A stretch of 64,000 bases of DNA. Source: an uncultured Candidatus Entotheonella sp. GTDB lineage: Bacteria; Tectomicrobia; Entotheonellia; Entotheonellales; Entotheonellaceae. Position 1 is the stretch's first letter. Every line of letters starts with the position of its first letter. The notes beneath the pieces are model-generated. The model had not been told where the DNA came from and searched no databases. It saw nothing but the letters and a program-made list of their open reading frames with translations. The DNA lies in contig OZ244252.1 in NCBI GenBank assembly GCA_965217185.1, positions 1,920,001 to 1,984,000 of the forward strand, given 5' to 3'. Below are positions 1-8,871 of this stretch, one piece after another. A program made the position numbers and the translations under genes.

Positions 1-3
1 TAC

Positions 4-1293
4 TTGCCGCGAGGTTCCCCTGCCACCGACATTGCCCGGACGCATCCATTGAAACTGTTGTATCTACTCGTTGGAATTCTGTTCCTCAGCCCGGCCACCG
101 TTACGTGGTCGCAACCCGACGCGGCTGCCGGCAAGGCGGTCTACGAACGCCTGTGCGTGGGTTGCCATGGAGGGGACGGCCGCGGTGGACGCATGGCCCG
201 CATGCTGCCGGTGCCGCCGCGCAACCTCGCGGATCCAACGTATATGCAAAGCCGCTCGGCGGAACACCTGTTCGTCGCCGTAAAAGACGGCAGCGCCGCG
301 GCGGGATTATCCAACGCCATGCCCGGCTTTGGCGGCCAACTGGACGACCAGGAGATCCGCAATACGGTCGCCTACGTACAGACGCTAGCCAAAGCGCAGC
401 CTGCATCGCCTGCGCAGGAAGGGACCGAGTCGCCTGCCGCCGAGCCGCCGGCTGATCTACGAATCGCACGGCTGCAGCTTTCCATCTGGCCGGAATACGA
501 TGATCCTCGCGTGCTGCTTATCATACGAGGCGAATTGGCGCCGGGCGCTGTCTTCCCGACGCAGGTCACGCTGCCCGTTCCCAAGGACGCGGAACTGATC
601 GGAGCCGGCATGATCTCGGAACTGGGAGAACTCCTCCTGCATCCGCACCGCGTGATTCCCGGCGACGCCTCGGACACCCTGGAAATCACCCTGCCCTCAC
701 CGCATTTCTTCGCCGAGTTGTACCACGACCCCTTCGAAATTTCCGGGGACGCCAAGCGCTTCAGCTATACCTTCACGGCTCCCTACCCGATCACCCAGTT
801 CGACGTGGATATCCAGAAGCCGTACACCGCCAGCGAATTCGTCACCGAGCCGCCCGCCATGGCCCAGGAAACCGAGGGCCGCGACACCACGTACCACCGC
901 TTCGCATACCGTGACGTCGCAGCCGGACAGCCCACGGCGTTCACCGTCAGCTACGTCAAAACCGACCCGCAACCATCCGCACCCAAAGCAGATAGCGCGC
1001 CAGACGGAAGCCCCGCCGCTACGCGAGGCCCGCAGGACCGTATGCTGATCTACTTCGGCATTCTGGCCGGCGTCACCGCCGCATACGTGCTGGGCACTCT
1101 TCTGTTCGCTGTTTACCGGCGCCGGCATGCAGCAGCCGCGGCACCCGAAGCCCCGCCTCTGCCGTTGACCGTGCCGCCCGTCCCGCCACCGGTCACGCCT
1201 GCCGTCGCCAATTTCTGCAGCCATTGCGGCCATGCCCTCAACGCCGATTACGCCTTCTGCCCCGGTTGTGGTCACGCCATTCGCGCGTCATAG
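4..1293 (+). CDS. Membrane-anchored c-type cytochrome with C-terminal zinc ribbon (start uncertain, at window edge)
   Basis: Hydrophobic N-terminus, CVGCH haem motif, distal NAMPGF Met ligand, a TM helix near the C-terminus, Pro-rich linker and CSHC...CPGC zinc ribbon. Confidence 0.8.
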   Translation: MPRGSPATDIARTHPLKLLYLLVGILFLSPATVTWSQPDAAAGKAVYERLCVGCHGGDGRGGRMARMLPVPPRNLADPTYMQSRSAEHLFVAVKDGSAAAGLSNAMPGFGGQLDDQEIRNTVAYVQTLAKAQPASPAQEGTESPAAEPPADLRIARLQLSIWPEYDDPRVLLIIRGELAPGAVFPTQVTLPVPKDAELIGAGMISELGELLLHPHRVIPGDASDTLEITLPSPHFFAELYHDPFEISGDAKRFSYTFTAPYPITQFDVDIQKPYTASEFVTEPPAMAQETEGRDTTYHRFAYRDVAAGQPTAFTVSYVKTDPQPSAPKADSAPDGSPAATRGPQDRMLIYFGILAGVTAAYVLGTLLFAVYRRRHAAAAAPEAPPLPLTVPPVPPPVTPAVANFCSHCGHALNADYAFCPGCGHAIRAS

Positions 1294-1839
1294 ACGACAC
1301 GCGGATGATGAGCGCATCCGATCCACATGATTGAACAGTGTTTTGGCCCTTGTTTTCCATGTCGTTGACCGTTACCGTAACGCTCTAAAATGAGTTGGGA
1401 AATCGGGCGTGAACGATTCAGATAAGCGGGAATTTGGATGGAAAAGGTTTTTATATACTGGGATAACTCCAACATTTTCATCAGTGCTCAGCAAGTCGCC
1501 GCCGACCTGGAGGGCGAAGAGTCACGCGCCCGGGCGCGGATGCATTTCCCGAATCTGGTTACCTTGGCGCACGGTGGACGGGAAATTCAGCGAGCCATCG
1601 CAGTCGGCTCTGTACCCCCGGAACTGAAGCACGTCTGGAACCGGCTGGAGAACGAGGGCGTCACGGTTCAACTCCTGGAAAGGGGCGCCCTTCACGGCCG
1701 TGAAGTGGGCGTCGACCAAGCCCTGCAAACCGCTATGCTGCGAGACACGGTGGACTATAACGGCGACCCGGGCATCGTGGTGCTGCTCACCGGCGATGGA
1801 AGCGGTTTCTCCGACGGTGTTGGGTTCCACGCCGACCTG

Positions 1840-3147
1840 TGTGCAAGCCGAACATCGTTTACAAAATAGACCGGGAACATGGTTTACACGGTTGACTCAC
1901 GTTGATGCCACTGTCGGGCATGGGTAATCGTATGGGTACGGTCATTCAGGACACCCAGAAGATGGAAGCTGTAGCGAATCTCCCAGCAGTCGTTGTCACA
2001 AGCAACCAGACCGATGGGTTCCTTGGCCAGCACCGCCGAGAGATAGATCAGCCGCCCTCGCCATTTGAACTCACCCGTGCGCCGCACCCGCCGCACGGTG
2101 ACACCACGGTCGTACTCAACCGCCGGCAGCTTGGCGCGATAGGGACGCCGCGAGACCTCATGCACACTGCCTGGCGTCAGGCGCCCAAGCGCTTCGTGAG
2201 AACGCTGCCAGTTGAACTCCTCGACAAAGGCGTCGAAGCGCCTCTGCTGCGCCGCAAAGCTACTGGCTGCCGGATTGATCACCGCTTCCTTGAGCGAGCG
2301 ATGCATGCGTTCATGGCGACCGTTTTCACTGGGCGTGGCCGGTCGAATGCGCTCCGGACGAATACCCAGGCGCACCCACCACTTTGAGAGTTGGCTGAGG
2401 CCACCGGCGGCCAGCGAGGCAAAGGGTGCGCCGTTGTCGGTGCGCAGGGTCTCGGGCAGGCCATACTCCCGAAACACCCACTCGAACCAGGGCTTGACGG
2501 CAGCCGTGGTCATGCGGCTCAGAGCGCGGCACTGCAAGATAAAGCGGCTGTGATTGTCGGTGATGGTCAGGGGGTAGCAGCGTTGGCCGCCGCCGAGTCG
2601 GAAGTCGCCCTTGAAGTCAGCGCTCCAGCTCTGCGCCGGGGCGCTGCAGGTGACCAGGGCGTGCGGGTCCGGCGGCACGCGGCGGCGCTTGCGCCTTTGC
2701 CTGACCAGGCCGTTTCGCTTGAGGATGTCGGCGGCGGTGCTGTCGGCTGGCCAGGGATTGTCGGGCTCCAGTGCGCGGAGTCGATCCATGACCTTCTTGG
2801 GTCCGAAGCTCTGGTGCGCGAGCTTCATCTGCACGATGCGCTCGGCAATCTCGGGTGCGGTGGTGTCAGGGTGTCGATGGGGTCTTCGTGAAAGGTCATG
2901 GAGTCCCTCGGGGCCACGGCTGTGATAGCGCTCAATCCACTTGTCGCCAGTGGGTCGGCTGATGCCATAGTGCATGCACAGGTCTCTCTTGGTGTAGCAA
3001 CCGCTCAAGTAGTCGGCGATAAACTGAATGCGTTGGTCCATGGTACACGTCTCTTTCCAAGGCATCGGCGAATCCTCCTTCGCCCGATACCTTAAACGTA
3101 AACCATGTTCCCGGTTTAATGTGTAAAGGATGTTACCGGTTTGTACC
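1840..3147 (-). mobile_element. IS481-family insertion sequence
   Basis: Imperfect terminal inverted repeats of about 48 bp (tgtgcaagccgaacatcgtttaca...ccgggaacatggtttac / gtaaaccatgttcccgg...tgtaaaggatgttaccggtttgtacc), flanking CCTG direct repeat (1836-1839, 3148-3151), single transposase ORF. Confidence 0.9.
1884..3065 (-). CDS. IS481-family DDE transposase (integrase core)
   Basis: MPWKET start, N-terminal HTH, WSADFKG, LRTDNGAPF and ENGRHERMHRSLK DDE motifs. Confidence 0.93.
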   Translation of the reverse strand: MPWKETCTMDQRIQFIADYLSGCYTKRDLCMHYGISRPTGDKWIERYHSRGPEGLHDLSRRPHRHPDTTAPEIAERIVQMKLAHQSFGPKKVMDRLRALEPDNPWPADSTAADILKRNGLVRQRRKRRRVPPDPHALVTCSAPAQSWSADFKGDFRLGGGQRCYPLTITDNHSRFILQCRALSRMTTAAVKPWFEWVFREYGLPETLRTDNGAPFASLAAGGLSQLSKWWVRLGIRPERIRPATPSENGRHERMHRSLKEAVINPAASSFAAQQRRFDAFVEEFNWQRSHEALGRLTPGSVHEVSRRPYRAKLPAVEYDRGVTVRRVRRTGEFKWRGRLIYLSAVLAKEPIGLVACDNDCWEIRYSFHLLGVLNDRTHTITHARQWHQRESTV

Positions 3148-3430
3148 CCTGGAGCGCATGCACCAACGCAACTGGCGCATAGAGGTGTTGTCGTGGCGCC
3201 ATAGTTGTAACCGGCGGATGCGTGAATGGGCCGAGGCAAATGGCAAATTCATCGCCCTGGATGATTTCTACGAAAGCATAACCTTCCTGGAAGCACCGGC
3301 ACCGGGCCGACCGGCTGCCGACCCGCGCTACGCTATTCCTCTGGACTTGAGCAGACGCCCGATCTGATCGGTGGCGAGTTGCCGGCGATAACGGCATCAC
3401 ACGAAACACGAGGCCAGCTTCGTCGAAACC

Positions 3431-5536
3431 TTATCTGGCATTTTCCTCATCCCAGTCCGGAATCGCGCGTATCTGCTCCAGCCACAGCGTGGCTTCGGCA
3501 TCACTGGGCGCGCGGTAATCGCCGCGCGGCGAGAGAGAGCCGCCGGAACCGACCTTGGGAGCGTTGGGGACGCAGCTTCGCTTGAACTGGCTGAGTTGGA
3601 AGAAGCGCTCGGCGAATACCGCCAGCCATTGCTTGATCTCGCCAATGCCATAAGCGTGGCGCCGGTCGGGGGGGATGTCAGGCCAGTGACCGCGGCGTGC
3701 GTCGTGCCAGCAGCAATAGGCCAGGAAGGCGACCTTGGTGGGCAGGTAGCCGAGGCGGGTGGTGTAGTACAGGAAGAAATCGTGCAGTTCGTACGGACCG
3801 ATGACCTCCTCGGTGCGCTGGCTGGGCTGGCCCGCGTCGTCATCGCCGGGCACCAGTTCGGGGCTGACTTCCGTTTCCAGCACGTCGTACAGGACGCGAC
3901 TGACGCCGTCGCCCAGCTGACCGGTTTCGGCGACCCAGCGGATGAGGTAGCGGATCAGCGTCTTGGGCACGCTGGCGTTGACGTTGTAGTGCGACATGTG
4001 ATCGCCGACGCCGTAGGTTGACCATCCGAGGGCCAATTCGCTCAGGTCCCCAGTCCCCACCACCAAGCCGTTGCAATGGTTGGCGAGCCGGAACAGGTGG
4101 CTGGTGCGCTCGCCGGCCTGCACGTTTTCGAACGTCACGTCGTACACCGGGGACGGCGGATCAGGCCAAGGCTTGTCGGCCAGCGGATGGCCGAGATCGC
4201 GCAACATTTGCTCGCAACTCGGGCGGATGTCGAGTTCGTGAGCCTCGCAGCCAATCGCCGCCATCAGCGCCTGGGCGCTGCGCAGGGTTCGCTTGCTGGT
4301 CGCGAAACCGGGCATGGTGTAGCCCTTGATGTTACGGCGTGGAAGTCCCAGCACGTCCATAGCCCGCGCCGCCACGATCATTGCCTGCGTCGAATCGAGA
4401 CCGCCGGAAATACCGATCACGACGTTCTCAATGCCCGTGCTACGCAATCGTTTGGCCAGTCCCTGCACCTGGATGTTGTACGCCTCGTAACAGCGCTGGT
4501 CGCGCATTGCTGGATTGGCCGGGACGTACGGGAATCGGTCGTAGGGACGCTGGCAAAGCAGGCGTTCCGCGCGATGCGGCAGATCAACTTCAACACGCAC
4601 CTCGCGAAACCGCTCGACCTCCTCGGCATGGCGTTGCACGCTCTGGCCAAACGTCGTCTGGCGCATGCGCTCCTGCGACAGCCGTTCGACGTCCAGTTCC
4701 GCCAGCACCAGTTGCGAGTCGGATCGGAAGCGCTCCGATTCAGCCACCAGCGCACCGTTTTCGTACACCATGGCGTGGCCGTCCCAGGCGAGATCCGTGG
4801 TCGATTCACCCGCCCCGGCGGCGGTGTATAGATATGACGCCAGGCAGCGCGCCGACTGGTTGGCCACCAGGCTGTGGCGGTATTCGTCCTTGCCGATGGT
4901 GACGTTCGACGCCGACAGGTTCACGAGCACCGTCGCCCCGGCCATAGCGGCAAAGCTCGACGGCGGAATCGGCACCCACAAGTCCTCACAGACCTCCGCG
5001 AAGAATGACCACGACGGGTCACTGTCGACGCGAAACAGCAGCCGCTCGCCGAAGGGAATGTCGTCCTGACCGCACAGGCTGACGAAGCGGCGCCGGGCCG
5101 CGGCCGCCGGAGCGAACTGCCGCATTTCATAGTATTCCCGGTAGTTGGGCAGGAAGGTCTTAGGCACGACGCCCAGAATACGGCCCTGATGCAGGACCGC
5201 GGCGCAGTTGAACAGCAGATTGTCCACCTGCAGAGGCAGGCCGACGACGGCGATCAGATGGGTTTCGCGCACTGCCTGGAGCACGGTACCGAGCGCCTCC
5301 TGGGCGCCGGCGAGGAGTGTTTGCTGATGAAACAGGTCTTCGCACGAATAGGCCGTCAGGCCCAGTTCCGGGAATACCACCAGCACGGCTTTGGCGGCCT
5401 CGGCTTGCTCGATCAGCGCCACTGTACGGGCGGCGTTGAACGTCGGGTCCGCCACCCGCACCTCGGGAATGCCCAGGGCGACACGGATGAAACCGTGCTG
5501 GTAAAAATTGAAAAAATTGCCGTGTGCCTGCACCAT
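3431..5536 (-). CDS. nadE: Glutamine-dependent NAD+ synthetase
   Basis: Nitrilase-type glutaminase domain (FPEL, VPKT, EVCEDLW) plus synthetase domain ([27 protein letters not shown]). Confidence 0.96.
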   Translation of the reverse strand: MVQAHGNFFNFYQHGFIRVALGIPEVRVADPTFNAARTVALIEQAEAAKAVLVVFPELGLTAYSCEDLFHQQTLLAGAQEALGTVLQAVRETHLIAVVGLPLQVDNLLFNCAAVLHQGRILGVVPKTFLPNYREYYEMRQFAPAAAARRRFVSLCGQDDIPFGERLLFRVDSDPSWSFFAEVCEDLWVPIPPSSFAAMAGATVLVNLSASNVTIGKDEYRHSLVANQSARCLASYLYTAAGAGESTTDLAWDGHAMVYENGALVAESERFRSDSQLVLAELDVERLSQERMRQTTFGQSVQRHAEEVERFREVRVEVDLPHRAERLLCQRPYDRFPYVPANPAMRDQRCYEAYNIQVQGLAKRLRSTGIENVVIGISGGLDSTQAMIVAARAMDVLGLPRRNIKGYTMPGFATSKRTLRSAQALMAAIGCEAHELDIRPSCEQMLRDLGHPLADKPWPDPPSPVYDVTFENVQAGERTSHLFRLANHCNGLVVGTGDLSELALGWSTYGVGDHMSHYNVNASVPKTLIRYLIRWVAETGQLGDGVSRVLYDVLETEVSPELVPGDDDAGQPSQRTEEVIGPYELHDFFLYYTTRLGYLPTKVAFLAYCCWHDARRGHWPDIPPDRRHAYGIGEIKQWLAVFAERFFQLSQFKRSCVPNAPKVGSGGSLSPRGDYRAPSDAEATLWLEQIRAIPDWDEENAR

Positions 5537-5759
5537 CCAATCCTCGCAATGACCTTGAATTCACGCCGGTAACGGCGCGTAGCCTGCATCACGCCCACAA
5601 AATTGTCAACACGACCGAAACGGCACGGCCGGCGGGTGCGAGCCTGGCCTTTCGGCTTGTTCGGCCCAAGGCGCTTTGCCATAATAGCGCCTTACTTGAG
5701 ACCCTTCGGCGACTTCTTCAGAGGCCAAGCTGCACTTGAGCGAGCCACGAGGAAACGGG

Positions 5760-7061
5760 ATGAACGTCCACACTTGGCACCTGGAGATCGGCACCTTCCC
5801 CGTGCGGCGCCTTGCCTTTGCCTCCCGAACCGCCTACGAAAACGGCACCCTGTTCATCGACGACGCGGAACTCCAGACCCGCATCGCCGAGCCCGCTGCT
5901 GTTGCCGATATCGCCGTGCATCTTGCCCACCCGGGCGAATCGTGCCGCATCGTGCACGTTCTGGATGCCGTATCGCCAATGGTCAAAGTAACCGGCCGGT
6001 CAACGGTCTATCCCGGCTTTTTCGATTCCGCCTCGCCGGCCGGCACCGGCCGAACCCACGTGTTGACGGACACCGCGGTGCTGGTCAGCGGCACGTTTCC
6101 GGAACCGACCAGCGGCGCCCTGTCGGCGGCCGAGGCCACCGTCGACATGAGCGGGCCGGCAACGGCTTGCTGCCCCTTTTCGGACACCGCCAACGTGGTC
6201 CTGGTCTGCCGCCCGGCCCCCGGCGCCAGCAACGCCGATTTCGATGCCGCCCTGCACCGCGTCAAGCTCAAAGCAGCCGTATACCTGGCCGAGGCCACCG
6301 TAGAGCTTGAGCCGCCGCAGACCGACGTATACGACTTGCAGCCCGTTGACGACGCCCTGCCCCGCGTTGTTTTCCTGGATCAACTCCACCAGCAGGGCCT
6401 GCTGGCGCAGACGTTCCTGTACGGCCGGCACACGCAGGGACTGGAGCCAACCCTGCTGCACCCGAACGAAATGCTCGACGGCGCCCTGGTCAGCGGCAAC
6501 TACCGGCAACCGGGACGCTCGATCACCTACGGACACAGCCGCAATGACTTGGTGCGCGAGCTATACGGGCGGCATGGCCGCGACCTCAACTTCCTCGGCG
6601 TGGTGGTTGGCCGCGGCTGGCAAGACACGCAGGCGCTGAAGGAACGTCAAGGCTGGATGATGGCGCGCCTCGCCAGCCTGCTGGGCGCGCAAGTGGCCAT
6701 CGTGTCGGCGGACGTCGGCGGCACCGGCGGCAACAATACCATCGACTTCATGCAGACGATCAAGGCGTGCGAGCAAATGGGCATTCGCACCGTCGCCATC
6801 ATGCAGGAGGCGGGCAACGCCGACGGCAGCAATCCGACCCTCGTCGATCACGTCCCGGAAGCCGATGCGCTGGTCAGCGTCGGTGGTGTCGGCTGGGACA
6901 TCCCGCTGGCCCCGGCGGTGTCGCGCGTCATCGGCGGCGCCACCGTGCAGCCGAACCGCGCGCAGGAACCCCTCGATGCCGCCGGGCCGCTGCAAGTCGC
7001 GTGCTGGTACGGCGCCGTATGGAAGCGTACGTTCCAAGGTCTGTCGGCGGTGGACGCCTGA
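5760..7061 (+). CDS. Glycine/sarcosine/betaine reductase component B, GrdE/GrdI-like subunit (divergent)
   Basis: AHPGESCRIVHVLDAVSP, G-G-R-T-H-V-L, PTLLHPNEMLDGALVSGN, LYGRHGRDLNFLGVV and EADALVSVG motifs. GAGGA RBS before ATG 5760. Confidence 0.85.
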   Translation: MNVHTWHLEIGTFPVRRLAFASRTAYENGTLFIDDAELQTRIAEPAAVADIAVHLAHPGESCRIVHVLDAVSPMVKVTGRSTVYPGFFDSASPAGTGRTHVLTDTAVLVSGTFPEPTSGALSAAEATVDMSGPATACCPFSDTANVVLVCRPAPGASNADFDAALHRVKLKAAVYLAEATVELEPPQTDVYDLQPVDDALPRVVFLDQLHQQGLLAQTFLYGRHTQGLEPTLLHPNEMLDGALVSGNYRQPGRSITYGHSRNDLVRELYGRHGRDLNFLGVVVGRGWQDTQALKERQGWMMARLASLLGAQVAIVSADVGGTGGNNTIDFMQTIKACEQMGIRTVAIMQEAGNADGSNPTLVDHVPEADALVSVGGVGWDIPLAPAVSRVIGGATVQPNRAQEPLDAAGPLQVACWYGAVWKRTFQGLSAVDA

Positions 7062-7083
7062 CACCAAATGAAGGGCAACACGC

Positions 7084-8421
7084 ATGACTGATGACACCGT
7101 TCGCCCCTTACGCCTGGTGCACTACCTCAACGCCTTTTTCGGCGGCATTGGCGGCGAGGCCGAGGCGCATCACGCCGTGCAGACGCACGCGGGGCCACTG
7201 GGGCCGGGAATGCTCTTGCAGAAATTATGCGACGGGCAGGCCGAGGTCATCGGCACCGTGGTGTGCGGCGACGGCTACTTCGGCGAGCAGGAGGAAGCCG
7301 TGGTGGAGCGGGTCCGGCAATACGTGCGACAGCAAGGCGCCGATGCCTTCATCGCCGGCCCGGCCTTCGGCTCCGGACGGTACGGGCTAGCCTGTGGCCG
7401 GTTGTGCCTGGAAATCGAGCGCCTGGGAATTCCCGCGGTTACCGGCCTGCACGCCGAGAACCCGGGCGGCGAGGTGTTCCTGCCGCAGCACATCTTCGCC
7501 GTGAGCACCACGGCCAGCGCTGCCGGCATGCAACCGGCTCTGCAACGCATGACGGCTTTGGCGCTCAAACGCGCCCGCGGCGAACCCCTCGGCTCGGCAG
7601 CGCAAGAAGGCTTTCTGCCGCGCGACGTGCGCCGCACCGTGGACACCGGCGTGCCGGCGGCGAAACGCGCGGTAGACCTTGCACTGCGCAAGTGGAAAGA
7701 CGAACCCTACGCCAGCGAAATTACCGTTGAGACCTTCGAGCCTGTGCCCCCGCCGCCGCCGCTTGCCGACCCGAGCCGCACCCGCTTTGCATTGGTCACC
7801 GAGTGCGGCCTGGTGCCCAAGGGCAACCCCGACCGCCTGCCCGCCGCCGGCGCCAGCCACTGGGCCGCCTATGCCATTGGCGACATGCAACACTTGATGC
7901 CCGGCGACTGGGACATCGTGCATGGCGGCTATGACAACACCGCGGCGCTGCTGGACCCGAATCGCGTCGTGCCTCTGGACGCCATGCGCGCCCTACAACG
8001 GGAGGGGATCATCGGCGGGCTGTTGGACGACTTGTTAGTCACCGTCGGCAATCTTGCCAGCCTCAACGCCATGAAGAAAATCGGCGCCGAAATGGCCGCC
8101 ACCCTGAAGCAGCGCGGCGTCGGCGCCGTCGTGCTACCGGCGACGTGAGGCACCGGCACGCGTAGCGGTGCTACGATCGCCAAAGCCTGCGAACGCGAGG
8201 GCATTCCCACCGCCCTGGCCACCTGTCTTTACACCGTCGCAACGCGCGTCGGCGCCAACCGCATCGTGCGCGGCGGGCGTTTCCACCATCCCTTCGGCGA
8301 TCCGGAGGACCCGCCGGCGGCGCAATACGCCTGGCGCCGCGCGTTTGTCGAGCGCCTGTTGCACGCCCTGCGCACGCCGGTTGAGAAGCCGACCGTATTC
8401 GACGTCGAACCAACCATCTGA
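7084..8421 (+). CDS. GrdB-like selenoprotein B (445 aa, Sec355 at TGA 8146-8148)
   Basis: VHYLNAFFGGIGGE, TVVCGDGYF, FIAGPAFGSGRYGLAC, GLVPKGNPD, VHGGYD and DPNRVVPLD motifs. Family similarity continues in frame past the TGA (IAKACEREGIP, VGANRIV, HPFGDP) to a TGA at 8419-8421. Confidence 0.88.
8149..8181 (+). promoter_or_regulatory. Putative bacterial SECIS element
   Basis: Perfect hairpin CGTAGC-GGT-GCTACG (8161-8175) with a G-first apical loop 18 nt after the UGA. A lower GGC/GCC extension is possible. Confidence 0.72.
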
Positions 8422-8436
8422 GCAAACGGAGCCCCC

Positions 8437-8808
8437 ATGATCGACTACACCGTGTACAAATTAACCCACTTCCTCGGCATCATCATGATCTTCGTCAGTC
8501 TCGGCGGCGTCATGGTCCACGTTTTCAACGGCGGCGCCAAGGCCGACAACGTCTGGCGCAAGCCGGCGGGCATCACGCACGGCATCGGGCTGTTTCTCGT
8601 CCTGTTGGGCGGCTTCGGCATGATGGCGCGGCTCGGCATTCCCTGGCCGTGGCCGGGCTGGCTGTTCGTCAAGCTGGCGATCTGGCTGGTGCTGGGCGGC
8701 ATTACGGGGCTCGTGTACCGCCTCGGCGCCGGCGGCAAGAGCCTGTGGGCCGTGGTGGTGCTGCTCGGCGCCATCGCCGCGTACATGGCCATCATGAAAC
8801 CCCTGTAA
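8437..8808 (+). CDS. Small four-TM membrane protein (SirB2-like)
   Basis: Four hydrophobic segments, conserved His positions (YKLTHFLG, ITHGIG), and WPGWLFVKL. Confidence 0.7.
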   Translation: MIDYTVYKLTHFLGIIMIFVSLGGVMVHVFNGGAKADNVWRKPAGITHGIGLFLVLLGGFGMMARLGIPWPWPGWLFVKLAIWLVLGGITGLVYRLGAGGKSLWAVVVLLGAIAAYMAIMKPL

Positions 8809-8813
8809 CACAT

Positions 8814-8843
8814 GTAGGTCGGATGAGCGCAGCGTAATCCGAC
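8814..8843 (+). repeat. GTAG-type REP palindrome, copy 1
   Basis: GTAG followed by GTCGGAT...ATCCGAC; intergenic; three similar copies elsewhere in the window. Confidence 0.8.
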
Positions 8844-8871
8844 ATTTCCTTCCAAGGGGGATTACTTATCC

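Larger units (their letters stand above)
1438..3367 (+). pseudogene. NYN-domain (PIN-like) protein split by IS481; segments 1438-1839 and 3152-3367
   Basis: VFIYWDNSN, GVDQAL and LLTGDG motifs. Removing the IS and one CCTG copy rejoins ...GFHADL-ERMHQRNWRIEVLSW... in frame (205 aa). Confidence 0.9.

Noticed and set aside
8168..8440. Separate 90-aa ORF after the GrdB-like TGA
   Set aside because: Wrong frame; the region is explained by Sec read-through.
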